A DNA stretch of 64,000 nucleotides from an uncultured Candidatus Saccharibacteria bacterium. GTDB taxonomy: Bacteria > Patescibacteriota > Saccharimonadia > Saccharimonadales > JAGQNJ01. Made by a program: the position numbers and the translations under genes. The notes beneath the pieces were generated by a model. That model did no database searches. It saw only the letters and a program-made list of their open reading frames with translations, and had not been told where the DNA came from. The stretch's first letter is position 1. Each line of letters opens with the position of its first letter. The DNA lies in the NCBI GenBank assembly GCA_964584895.1, contig CAZPAW010000001.1, positions 109,343 to 173,342 of the forward strand, written 5' to 3'. Positions 1 to 7,750 of this stretch are shown here, one piece after another.

Positions 1-352
1 CAATACCCCAGATAATATCAATTATGACGATTTTTAACGGCCAGTTTTTTAATGTAGCGAGATTAGTTAGGTCATAGGTTGCATAAGCCAACCCACCAAA
101 TACACCACCAAGAACCACAGCTTTAATCAATGATTGCTTTTCTACAGCCGGCATGACAGCCAAGACAATGATTCCTACAATATATGCTAGATAAAAAATA
201 ACTGCTGCAGCCCAGTTTGGTTTGTCTGCTAAAAAACTGCCTAATTCTTTTTTGTATAGGTTTTTTGCTACGACCCCAAGCCATACCATATCGATCGCAA
301 AAAATGCTACTACCGTTAGTAAATAAGTGTATAGGTACTTTATGCCTTCCAT
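1..352 (-). CDS. DUF2177-like integral membrane protein (N-terminal 117 aa; gene continues beyond window start)
   Basis: Absent from the ORF track because it runs off the window edge. Reverse translation from the ATG at 350-352 reads MEGIKYLYTYLLTVVAFFAIDMVWLGVVAKNLYKKELGSFLADKPNWAAAVIFYLAYIVG...ATYDLTNLATLKNWPLKIVIIDIIWGI with no stop down to base 1. The pattern matches my recollection of the DUF2177 family. Confidence 0.6.
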   Translation of the reverse strand, partial: MEGIKYLYTYLLTVVAFFAIDMVWLGVVAKNLYKKELGSFLADKPNWAAAVIFYLAYIVGIIVLAVMPAVEKQSLIKAVVLGGVFGGLAYATYDLTNLATLKNWPLKIVIIDIIWGI

Positions 353-634
353 TTATTTTCTGCGTTTTTTAGATTTTTTAGGCTTTATTACTTTTCCAGA
401 GGTATTAATAATAATAACAGCTGATGTCAGCAAGCCTGCAGCAGCGATAATCAGACCAAAGAAAATCAATAATCCTGCTGCTACATTGGCGCCAACATAA
501 TTAGGATCGCCAATTGTATATTGATTCCAGATAAAACCGCTTACAGCCATGATTAAGCCGATTATTACTGCAATCAGCGATATTATTGTTCCGTTCTCTT
601 GATCATTTGTTATTTTTAATTTTGCCATAAGCAT
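353..634 (-). CDS. small two-helix membrane protein, unknown function
   Basis: 93-aa ORF with two hydrophobic helices and a C-terminal KPKKSKKRRK tail. Its stop abuts the start of the downstream DUF2177-like gene. Confidence 0.5.
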   Translation of the reverse strand: MLMAKLKITNDQENGTIISLIAVIIGLIMAVSGFIWNQYTIGDPNYVGANVAAGLLIFFGLIIAAAGLLTSAVIIINTSGKVIKPKKSKKRRK

Positions 635-703
635 ATTGTAGCAAATAAATATAAAACTGCAGATAAAATGCTAAAGTATATATAAATAATAGGTGAAAAT
701 AAG

Positions 704-2182
704 ATGAAGTCATCGGGTAAGCACATATTGAAGCAAGCCCCGTTAAAAAAAACGGTGCAGATAAAACGCGTCAAGATAAAAGAACCAGACCCTGAAATTT
801 CAATCCGGCACAAAGATAAACCCAAGCACATAAGAGTTATATCCGGGATAGCAGTTGGGTTATTAATCGGATTGGGGATTTTATTGATAGTCAGTCTGAA
901 GTATTCGTTTGTTTCAGTTAATTTAGCAGGTTATCCGATTAGTCAAAATCAAAACAAAGAAGAATTAAAAAATAAAATACAAGCAGAAGCCGAAAAGTAC
1001 AAAATATATATTAAGTCGCCAAAAGCAAAAAAAGCTTTTTCTTTAGAAAAAACGGGTGTATCTATAAATATTGATCGATCGATCGATAATGCCATAAATG
1101 CTAAGATGCCTAATAACTTATTCCGTAGATTAGCGTTTTGGTCATCTGTTAACGTCCCTCTAGACTTAACGGCAAATCAAAAAGAATTCGATAAATTTAT
1201 CAATAATAATCTAATCAAAACTATTAAAAAAACAAAAGATGCAAGCGTAAAAGTCGTCGATGGTGTTGCAGTCATTACTCCAGAGAAAAGTGGGCTAGCC
1301 TACACAGTCGACGATCCACGAGCCATGTTACTTGATCACATATCAAAGCTTAATCAGGGTTCAATAACCTTAATAAAATCAACAGTACCGGCCAAAGTGA
1401 CAAAAAACGAAGCTAAACAGGCCAAAGAAACTGTCGATAAGTTTTTAGCAAAAGATGTAAGTTTTGACATAGCAGGGACTAATATCAAAGCTTCGGCGAA
1501 CGATATTGGGAAATGGCTAGAGATATCGCCAATATCAAAAAATAAAACAATAGATGTGGTTATTAACAGCGGCAAAGTCCTCGAATATCTTGACGCTATA
1601 GCAGCCCCGTATGTATCGCCGCCCCAAAATGCCATCGTATTACCAAAAAGCTCGCGCGTATTAGTTGCGGGCCAAAATGGTGTCGACATTGTCAATAAAG
1701 AAGCGCTAGCAACAGAAATCGCAAAACAAATGTTGGTTAAAAATAAGATAAATCAAACTTTATCAGTCCAATATCAAACCTACAAAACGGTGACAGCAAC
1801 TCCTCACGATAAATGGATAGCTATCGATCTAACCTCAAAAGTTTTATATGTCTACGAAAAAACTAATCTAGTTGGCTCGTTCCCCATTAGTGCCGGCGCT
1901 CCACAGACCCCAACGGTTGAAGGTACATACAAAATTTATTCAAAAATCGCCTCCCAAGATATGGCCGGGCCTAATGCTGACGGTACTCGCTACTTCCAGC
2001 CAGCTGTGCCCTATGTTAATTATTTTTATGCAGATTACGCCATTCATGGCGTTTATTGGAGACCTGACAGCTACCTAGGAAATATTAATGCATCGCACGG
2101 ATGTGTTGGTATGAACGTCGGTAGTTCGGCCTGGATTTATAATTGGGCGCCGATTGGCACAACAGTAATAACCTTTAGTTAG
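704..2182 (+). CDS. membrane-anchored L,D-transpeptidase (YkuD domain)
   Basis: 492 aa with an N-terminal TM segment (VISGIAVGLLIGLGILLIVSL). The C-terminal catalytic domain carries the YkuD signature YAIHGVYW...NASHGCVGM. Confidence 0.8.
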   Translation: MKSSGKHILKQAPLKKTVQIKRVKIKEPDPEISIRHKDKPKHIRVISGIAVGLLIGLGILLIVSLKYSFVSVNLAGYPISQNQNKEELKNKIQAEAEKYKIYIKSPKAKKAFSLEKTGVSINIDRSIDNAINAKMPNNLFRRLAFWSSVNVPLDLTANQKEFDKFINNNLIKTIKKTKDASVKVVDGVAVITPEKSGLAYTVDDPRAMLLDHISKLNQGSITLIKSTVPAKVTKNEAKQAKETVDKFLAKDVSFDIAGTNIKASANDIGKWLEISPISKNKTIDVVINSGKVLEYLDAIAAPYVSPPQNAIVLPKSSRVLVAGQNGVDIVNKEALATEIAKQMLVKNKINQTLSVQYQTYKTVTATPHDKWIAIDLTSKVLYVYEKTNLVGSFPISAGAPQTPTVEGTYKIYSKIASQDMAGPNADGTRYFQPAVPYVNYFYADYAIHGVYWRPDSYLGNINASHGCVGMNVGSSAWIYNWAPIGTTVITFS

Positions 2183-2442
2183 ATTAGATTTTTTTCGACG
2201 TTTTGTTGATTAATGCCGTTGGTTAGATCGGTAAATCCTTGTTGGCGCAATAAGTTAATAGCAACCTGCGATCTGCTACCCGACCGGCAATAGAGAATTA
2301 ACGGCGTATCTTTATCAACTTCGGTTAATAACTTGGCGCCTCCTATCAAATCTGATGGAGGTATATTAATAGATCCTTCAACGTGACTAACGCTGTACTC
2401 TTCTGGTTCTCGAACATCGATAACAAGTGGTTTCATAGACAT
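2179..2442 (-). CDS. single-domain rhodanese-like sulfurtransferase
   Basis: 87 aa with the pattern VIDVREPEEY...ILYCRSGSRS (active-site Cys loop CRSGSRS). Confidence 0.75.
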   Translation of the reverse strand: MSMKPLVIDVREPEEYSVSHVEGSINIPPSDLIGGAKLLTEVDKDTPLILYCRSGSRSQVAINLLRQQGFTDLTNGINQQNVEKNLI

Positions 2443-2458
2443 AATCTTAAATTAATAG

Positions 2459-2656
2459 TTACATTCTATCAGGAGCAAGATAGGCAACAAGTAGAGCGAG
2501 CGGGAAACAGATTAGGCTAAAAATAAAATAACCTAAAAAACTATGACCTTTGCGACCTGCAACCCGAGCCGGCCAAAAAGCGATACCTATCCAGATTAAT
2601 AAAACAATAACCGCCACAACAGTGCTGATTGTATATCCTAATAAATTAAACTCCAT
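2459..2656 (-). CDS. small membrane protein, unknown function
   Basis: 65 aa with two hydrophobic helices flanking a basic loop (ARVAGRKGHS). No family recognised. Confidence 0.45.
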   Translation of the reverse strand: MEFNLLGYTISTVVAVIVLLIWIGIAFWPARVAGRKGHSFLGYFIFSLICFPLALLVAYLAPDRM

Positions 2657-2808
2657 AACACTGTGTCCTTTCTTATTAGTTATCTATTTTAATTATACTC
2701 TTGTAGTCACTATTTAGGTGAACAGCCAATATATGATCGCCGTGTTGGATTTGCTATAAAGTTCACTATAAGTTTAAAGAACAAAAACTAAAATCAGTGT
2801 CGACGAAT

Positions 2809-2885
2809 TGGTGTACCCGAGAGGATTCGAACCTCTGGCCTCATCCTCCGCAAGGATGCGCTCTATCCAGCTGAGCTACGGGTAC
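2809..2885 (-). tRNA. tRNA-Arg, anticodon GCG, CCA encoded
   Basis: Minus strand reads GTACCCG TA GCTC AGCTGGATA GAGC G CATCC TTGCGGA GGATG AGGCC AGAGG TTCGAAT CCTCT CGGGTAC A CCA. This folds as a perfect cloverleaf with A20 in the D-loop and anticodon-loop positions 34-36 = GCG. Confidence 0.9.
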
Positions 2886-3032
2886 TTAATTGCAAAGTTA
2901 ACATGTAAAAGTTCGAATCAGGATTCTGTCACAGATATTTGTTTGATTAACAAATTCCGCGACCCCGTCTCAGCTTGGGCAATAATTTGCTCCAGGCTTC
3001 CGACTCTGCGAACAGTCGTCGGGCTGTTCTCG

Positions 3033-3088
3033 CCTCTGGCCTCATCCTCCATGAGGGATGCGCTCTATCGCGCTTGGGCTACGGGTAC
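3033..3088 (-). pseudogene. 5' fragment of an Arg-like tRNA (acceptor 5' strand through T-stem 5' strand), no 3' half
   Basis: Minus strand reads GTACCCGTAGCCCAAGCGCGATAGAGCGCATCCCTCATGGAGGATGAGGCCAGAGG. The stems are identical to tRNA-Arg at 2809-2885; the D-loop and anticodon loop differ. The copy ends exactly at the T-stem/T-loop boundary and is followed by unrelated sequence. Confidence 0.6.
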
Positions 3089-3136
3089 ATGAAAAGAACA
3101 GGGGTAATACTAGCATGTTCCAACTTCAATTACTAG

Positions 3137-3157
3137 TGGCGGAGAGGGTGGGATTCG
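3137..3157 (-). repeat. 21-bp exact copy of the tRNA-Ser 3' end (T-loop half, T-stem 3' strand, acceptor 3' strand, CCA)
   Basis: tggcggagagggtgggattcg at 3137-3157 is identical to 3320-3340, and the flanks diverge on both sides. This is an att-like direct repeat 162 bp from the intact gene. Confidence 0.85.
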
Positions 3158-3319
3158 CCTTGCAGCAAAAGGAAAATTACTTTTACTAATGCAACCCCCT
3201 ATTGCCTTTGGCAATAATCGGGGCAAGGGTGCTGGAGAATGCTACGACAGCATTCCCGTTCTCATCCCAACTATCAAATATCCTTCATAGCTAAGCCAAA
3301 ATGGATTTGCGACGAAGGA

Positions 3320-3411
<92 letters not shown>

Positions 3412-3436
3412 TCACTACATAGTTTAGACCATAAAT

Positions 3437-4108
3437 TCAAATGGTTTGAGCAAAAACTAAAGCTTCGATATTTTTAAAACCAGATTTTTTTAAGGTTTTT
3501 GTAGCTTCTGTAAGCGTAGCACCGGTTGTCGTTACATCATCAATAAGTAAAAACGACTTCTCCGAATCTACGGCATTATTTGTGCTAAAAACACCTTTTA
3601 ACTGAGATAATCTTTGTTGACGCGATTTTCCTACCTGTTTTGAATTATCGCATCTTGATAGTAGCTCTCTATATTCTAGACCTCTAAGGCGGGCAAACTC
3701 TTGAGCTATCAACTTTGTGTGATTAAATCCCCTCTGCCGAACGTGAGAGGGCACTGTCGGGACAAAACTAACAATCACCCCATCATCATAGTATGGAGCA
3801 TTTTCATCCATGCATTGTGCAATAATCTTTGTCGCATCTCTAGCAGACGCTAACTTCATCTTATGGATTAACTTTTTTATATTTTTGTTGTAAGTGGTGG
3901 TTATAAAAACTCGGCTTAATGATGTTTTGTTTCGACATTTGCTACAAGTATCATGATTTTCTGTCGTAGTTTTACAGATAAAGCATCTGCTGGGAATAAT
4001 TTCTATTAATTCGTATCTACAACTTGCGCAAACCAACAACCCTTCTTCTCTACAAAACAAACAATCGTAAGGTGTTAAGACGCTAATTAGGTAATGTATT
4101 AGATTCAT
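3437..4108 (-). CDS. comF: ComF-family phosphoribosyltransferase-like protein
   Basis: 223 aa with N-terminal Cys-rich zinc-finger motifs (CLFC...CASC, CFIC...CSKC). The C-terminus has the PRTase motif LLIDDVTTTGATL. Confidence 0.75.
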   Translation of the reverse strand: MNLIHYLISVLTPYDCLFCREEGLLVCASCRYELIEIIPSRCFICKTTTENHDTCSKCRNKTSLSRVFITTTYNKNIKKLIHKMKLASARDATKIIAQCMDENAPYYDDGVIVSFVPTVPSHVRQRGFNHTKLIAQEFARLRGLEYRELLSRCDNSKQVGKSRQQRLSQLKGVFSTNNAVDSEKSFLLIDDVTTTGATLTEATKTLKKSGFKNIEALVFAQTI

Positions 4109-4149
4109 GTTGTTGTGTTAATTGCGTTGTAATTTTTGTGTTCAACCCA

Positions 4150-4179
4150 TTGCTAACACCTTACATAATACGCTATACT
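4150..4179 (+). promoter_or_regulatory. putative sigma70-type promoter of the hsp20 gene
   Basis: TTGCTA (4150-4155), 18-nt spacer, TATACT (4174-4179). A GGAGGG Shine-Dalgarno sequence lies just before the ATG at 4237. Confidence 0.4.
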
Positions 4180-4236
4180 TGCATAAGAAATAAAAAGGTG
4201 CCAACATAACAATTACATTATTGGAGGGTAACAACC

Positions 4237-4725
4237 ATGGCTCGAAAAAGCCGGAACGATGAAGATTTATTAATAGAAGATGAGCTGACTGCAGCATTCT
4301 TAAGTGATGAGGACGTAGTAGAAGCTGCAAAAAACGACAGCCCAGAGTCTGCGTCGCCACAGCAAGCTGCTGGCGAAGAATGGGACGAAGAAGAAGCAGT
4401 GCCAGGTCAATTAGCTGTTGACGTATACGAAACTAAAGAAAAATTAGTAGTAAAAGCCAGAACGGCTGGCGTCAATAAAAGCGATTTAGATGTCAATATC
4501 TCTGATAATACACTCAGCATCAGAGGCACTCTGTCAGCAGGCAATGACGATGATGTTGTTAATTACTTTGTCCAGGAATGCTATTGGGGAGAGTTTTCTA
4601 GAAGCATCGCTTTGCCAGTACAAGTCAAAGAAGAAGGCGTAGAAGCCGTACTAAAGGACGGCGTACTAACAATCTCGTTCACAAAAGTTAAGCAAGATAC
4701 TGTTAAAAAAATACAGGTAATGTAG
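4237..4725 (+). CDS. hsp20: Hsp20/alpha-crystallin small heat-shock protein
   Basis: 162 aa with an acidic N-terminal region. The alpha-crystallin domain pattern is LAVDVYETKEKLVVKARTAGVNKSDLDVNISDNTLSIRG...FSRSIALPVQV...AVLKDGVLTISFTK. Confidence 0.85.
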   Translation: MARKSRNDEDLLIEDELTAAFLSDEDVVEAAKNDSPESASPQQAAGEEWDEEEAVPGQLAVDVYETKEKLVVKARTAGVNKSDLDVNISDNTLSIRGTLSAGNDDDVVNYFVQECYWGEFSRSIALPVQVKEEGVEAVLKDGVLTISFTKVKQDTVKKIQVM

Positions 4726-4867
4726 TCTTTTAGACACATTAGCGCTACAGTTGTAGTATTATCTACGCTCTCATAAACTAACAGATACAAGACAAAAACA
4801 GTGCTTGTTTTATATCAAATCAAAGGGCTACAATTATATAAAACAAACATGTTGTTCAAAAATTAAA

Positions 4868-4898
4868 CGACCCAATCTTAATGACTGGGTCGTTTTTT
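4868..4898. terminator. bidirectional rho-independent terminator between convergent hsp20 and the pilin-like operon
   Basis: Stem cgaccca (4868-4874) pairs with tgggtcg (4886-4892), followed by tttttt on the plus strand. The reverse strand has an A/T-rich tail (tttaattttt). Confidence 0.6.
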
Positions 4899-4916
4899 AA
4901 TATCAAGAGTTATCTT

Positions 4917-5336
4917 TTACAGATCCGTTGCTTTGGAAAGTACAAAGTTCACTATTATCTGAGCTAGCGCAACAATCACCAGACCGACGATTGCAAACAA
5001 TATCGTATTCTTAGCAGTTGTAACCTTACCGCTGTCACCACCAGATGTAATGTACTGAAAGCCACCAACAATAATCATAATCACGGCTGTTACACCAACG
5101 ACTATTGAGAATATGTTAATTACAGTTGCGATAATATCATTAACAGTTTCTTGGGCATCGGTCGGATCAACATCGCAACTACCATCGGTGACGTCTAGGT
5201 TACCGCCCTTACATAGGTTTGTTTGTATGTCAGCCTTGTCTTGTGCGTAAACGGGTATTGCTACTAATCCTGCGGGTGCGATCATTGCAACGAAGGCTGT
5301 AGTTGTTAGAATTATTCTTTTTATTAGTTTATTCAT
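4917..5336 (-). CDS. pilin-like T4SS protein, paralog 1 (TrbC/VirB2-like two-helix module)
   Basis: 139 aa with a signal peptide (...AIPVYAQ) and a short ectodomain with one Cys pair (CKGGNLDVTDGSC). It ends in the module VTAVIMIIVGGFQYITSGGDSGKVTTAKNTILFAIVGLVIVALAQIIVNFVL, which is shared with the next five ORFs. Confidence 0.65.
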   Translation of the reverse strand: MNKLIKRIILTTTAFVAMIAPAGLVAIPVYAQDKADIQTNLCKGGNLDVTDGSCDVDPTDAQETVNDIIATVINIFSIVVGVTAVIMIIVGGFQYITSGGDSGKVTTAKNTILFAIVGLVIVALAQIIVNFVLSKATDL

Positions 5337-5424
5337 TGTTGCGTTATTTCCTTATTATCTTGATATAAATTTATCATAAGCGTTGTAATACGGCAATAGT
5401 CTAGTTACTGTTTGTATAATTATA

Positions 5425-6015
5425 TTACGGCTCCTTTGTAAGAGCTGACGGAGTTTTATCGTTACCGGCACTATCAACCCTATTAATCACAAATATTACT
5501 ATCACCTGCGCCATTGCAACAACAACTAACCCAACGATCGCCCACAGGATTCCATTTCTTGCACTAGCTACAGCCGTAGTATCACCGTTAGATATTACAA
5601 ACTTAAAGCCGTTAACTATTATCATAATTACAGCTACTACACCGACCAAAATACTGAGCAAATTAATTACTAAGGCAACTACATCGGATACCGACGTCCC
5701 TTCATTAGTATCGCAACTAGACGTCCCACTAGCATCTACGCCCTTACAGACTGCATCAACTAAACTATCTGATGATGATTCGCCAGTTGCATCAGTGGCG
5801 TCATCCGAAGTAGGTTCTTCAGCGGCAGGGTCTTCAGTTGCAGGTTCTTCTTCGGTTGCAGGATCTTTAGTGGCAGGCGTTTCTGCAAAAGGATCTTCCG
5901 TCCTTGGAGAAGGAGAGGTAGTTCTCTGAGCAAACGCTACAGGCCCAAATAAAAACATACCGACAATTACAATAAGAAGTGTTGCTGATATTCGTTTTAG
6001 TGTTAGCATATGCAT
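5425..6015 (-). CDS. pilin-like T4SS protein, paralog 2, with acidic Pro/Glu/Thr-rich spacer
   Basis: 196 aa with a signal peptide (...PVAFAQ) and a ~70-aa PATEEEPATEDPAAEEP-type spacer. It has a Cys pair (CKGVDASGTSSC) and the conserved module VVAVIMIIVNGFKFVISNGDTTAVASARNGILWAIVGLVVVAMAQVIV. Confidence 0.65.
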   Translation of the reverse strand: MHMLTLKRISATLLIVIVGMFLFGPVAFAQRTTSPSPRTEDPFAETPATKDPATEEEPATEDPAAEEPTSDDATDATGESSSDSLVDAVCKGVDASGTSSCDTNEGTSVSDVVALVINLLSILVGVVAVIMIIVNGFKFVISNGDTTAVASARNGILWAIVGLVVVAMAQVIVIFVINRVDSAGNDKTPSALTKEP

Positions 6016-6030
6016 TTTAATAAAATTATA

Positions 6031-6411
6031 CTACAGCCTTCGTAATATAAAGAACACTATCGCTTGGGCTGATAATGCAACCACTATTCCGATAATTGCA
6101 TATAAAATTCCACTTTTGGCAGAGCTAACCGATTCAGCGTTACCGTTAGACATAACAAACTTAAATCCATTAATAATAATCATAATCACCGACGCGACTC
6201 CAACCACCCAACTCATAATAATAGTTATCCGGGTTATTATGCCGGTTGGTCCAAAGATTGGATTGTCGTCATTAGCCTGACAAACAGGCGAGGATGGCTC
6301 TAGCGCACATGGCTTTTCTAGCGGATCTTCTGCATAGGCCAATTCTGGTAATATCGCCAAAGAAGGGACGAATATCAGTAGGGCAACTAAAATTGTTTTC
6401 AGATATCTCAT
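6031..6411 (-). CDS. pilin-like T4SS protein, paralog 3
   Basis: 126 aa with a signal peptide (...ELAYAE) and a Cys pair (CALEPSSPVC). The conserved module is VASVIMIIINGFKFVMSNGNAESVSSAKSGILYAIIGIVVALSAQAIVFFIL. Confidence 0.65.
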   Translation of the reverse strand: MRYLKTILVALLIFVPSLAILPELAYAEDPLEKPCALEPSSPVCQANDDNPIFGPTGIITRITIIMSWVVGVASVIMIIINGFKFVMSNGNAESVSSAKSGILYAIIGIVVALSAQAIVFFILRRL

Positions 6412-6414
6412 AAC

Positions 6415-6732
6415 CTAAAAGGCCCTCCGTAGCACAAAATTCACAATTGCCCCTGCCGACACTGCGACCACCAAACCAATCACCGCATACAATATTGTAT
6501 TCTTAGCTTTGGCAGTCTTTGCTGGGTCGCCGCTAGATAATATGTACTGAAAACCTGCTATCACTATGATTAGTACCGAAATGGCTCCAAGCGTTCCGAA
6601 TACCACGGTTAAAACATTCGCGATAGTCGTAGAGAGACTCGCTTCAGTAATATCCTTATTAGGCAGCTCAACACCTGGATCGTTTATCAATTGAGCAAAT
6701 CTTGATATCCCAAAATATATATAGTTCATCAT
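6415..6732 (-). CDS. pilin-like T4SS protein, paralog 4 (no signal peptide)
   Basis: 105 aa with no N-terminal hydrophobic leader and no Cys. The conserved module is ISVLIIVIAGFQYILSSGDPAKTAKAKNTILYAVIGLVVAVSAGAIVNFVL. Its ATG overlaps the stop of paralog 5 (ATGA). Confidence 0.6.
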   Translation of the reverse strand: MMNYIYFGISRFAQLINDPGVELPNKDITEASLSTTIANVLTVVFGTLGAISVLIIVIAGFQYILSSGDPAKTAKAKNTILYAVIGLVVAVSAGAIVNFVLRRAF

Positions 6733-7124
6733 GTTGATATTGTCGTCCCTATAAATCTAACAACCGCGCTAGCAAGCACCGCAATCACCAGTCCAATTAC
6801 AGCGTTTAAGATAGCGTCTTTAGCGATCTTTGTGTTTTCGGGTTCTCCCTGGCTCAAAACATACCTAAAACCACCATATATTATGTATACAATCGCAAAT
6901 AAACCCGCTAGAAATAACAGTATCTCTGTTACTGCTAGCCCTATGCCTAGTAGCGAATCCATTTTATTTTGGGCAAACTCACCAATCAAGGCACACTCAC
7001 CAGTCGGGAACTCTTGACCATCGAGGTATTTATACCAAGTAGGAATCCCAAATACACTTTGTTGGGGCGTACAAGGATCGCCGCTAGCAGCGAATCTCAA
7101 CATTAATTCAGCGATATGAATCAT
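6729..7124 (-). CDS. pilin-like T4SS protein, paralog 5 (no signal peptide)
   Basis: 131 aa with no leader and a Cys pair (C18...C54). The conserved module is LFAIVYIIYGGFRYVLSQGEPENTKIAKDAILNAVIGLVIAVLASAVVRFI. ATGA overlaps occur at both ends. Confidence 0.6.
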   Translation of the reverse strand: MIHIAELMLRFAASGDPCTPQQSVFGIPTWYKYLDGQEFPTGECALIGEFAQNKMDSLLGIGLAVTEILLFLAGLFAIVYIIYGGFRYVLSQGEPENTKIAKDAILNAVIGLVIAVLASAVVRFIGTTIST

Positions 7125-7750
7125 GAATTAAATATACCCCCTGGAATCAACCACTGCAAAATACCGAATAAGAAAAACCAAGTCACAAGGGCAATCACCG
7201 CATTAATAATTCGTTTTTTGGCTTGAGCAGCGACCTGAGGATTCCCACCAGATGTCGTATATTGTATTCCGGCCATAATAATAACAATCACAACGATTAC
7301 ACCTATCGCTGCGCTCAACAAATTCGCGATGTCCTTAAGTAACTTCGTTATCGGATTATCATTAACGCATGCATCACCAGTACATTCAAATCGCCCCGTC
7401 GTTGTTGCAGAACCAGATGCAGCAGGAGGAGCCTGATTGGCCGCTCGATTGTCTACCGCCACAGCCTGCCATCGAGTACATTCAGGACTATCCAGAGGCT
7501 TTTCTATTAGGATACCGTTTCTTGCCATATAGCATTGATCTTGAAACAAAGAACCACCCCTAACTGGATTCCTATTAGGAAAAAAGAAAGCTGCGGCTGT
7601 AGCAAAAAAATCGTCACATTGTTCGAGAGTAATAACGTCTCCGTCTTTTTTAAAACATTTTGCGGCTTCAGCAGACACAACTCCACTAAAAGAAAAAATC
7701 GAAATGCTAAATAGTGTAGATAAAATCATCGATAATATAAATTTTTTCAT
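7121..7750 (-). CDS. pilin-like T4SS protein, paralog 6, large six-Cys ectodomain
   Basis: 209 aa with a signal peptide (...GVVSAEA) and a ~120-aa ectodomain containing six Cys. The conserved module is VIVVIVIIMAGIQYTTSGGNPQVAAQAKKRIINAVIALVTWFFLFGIL. Confidence 0.6.
   Translation of the reverse strand: MKKFILSMILSTLFSISIFSFSGVVSAEAAKCFKKDGDVITLEQCDDFFATAAAFFFPNRNPVRGGSLFQDQCYMARNGILIEKPLDSPECTRWQAVAVDNRAANQAPPAASGSATTTGRFECTGDACVNDNPITKLLKDIANLLSAAIGVIVVIVIIMAGIQYTTSGGNPQVAAQAKKRIINAVIALVTWFFLFGILQWLIPGGIFNS

Noticed and set aside
3033-3319. Possibility that the structured region with a CCA terminus is a tmRNA, a permuted or two-piece tmRNA, or a permuted or split tRNA (3' half followed by 5' half).
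   Set aside because: No complete T-arm precedes the 3' fragment (GCAAGG instead of GTGGG). The acceptor strands do not pair: CCTCTCC is the 3' strand and GTACCCG is the nearby 5' strand. No alanine-type G3:U70 acceptor is present, and no tag-peptide reading frame ending in a typical ...AA stop was seen.
4109-4236. Heat-shock operator (CIRCE or HAIR-type inverted repeat) upstream of hsp20.
   Set aside because: I looked for TTAGCACTC-N9-GAGTGCTAA-like or other long inverted repeats between the promoter and the ATG and found none. Only a sigma70-like promoter is visible.
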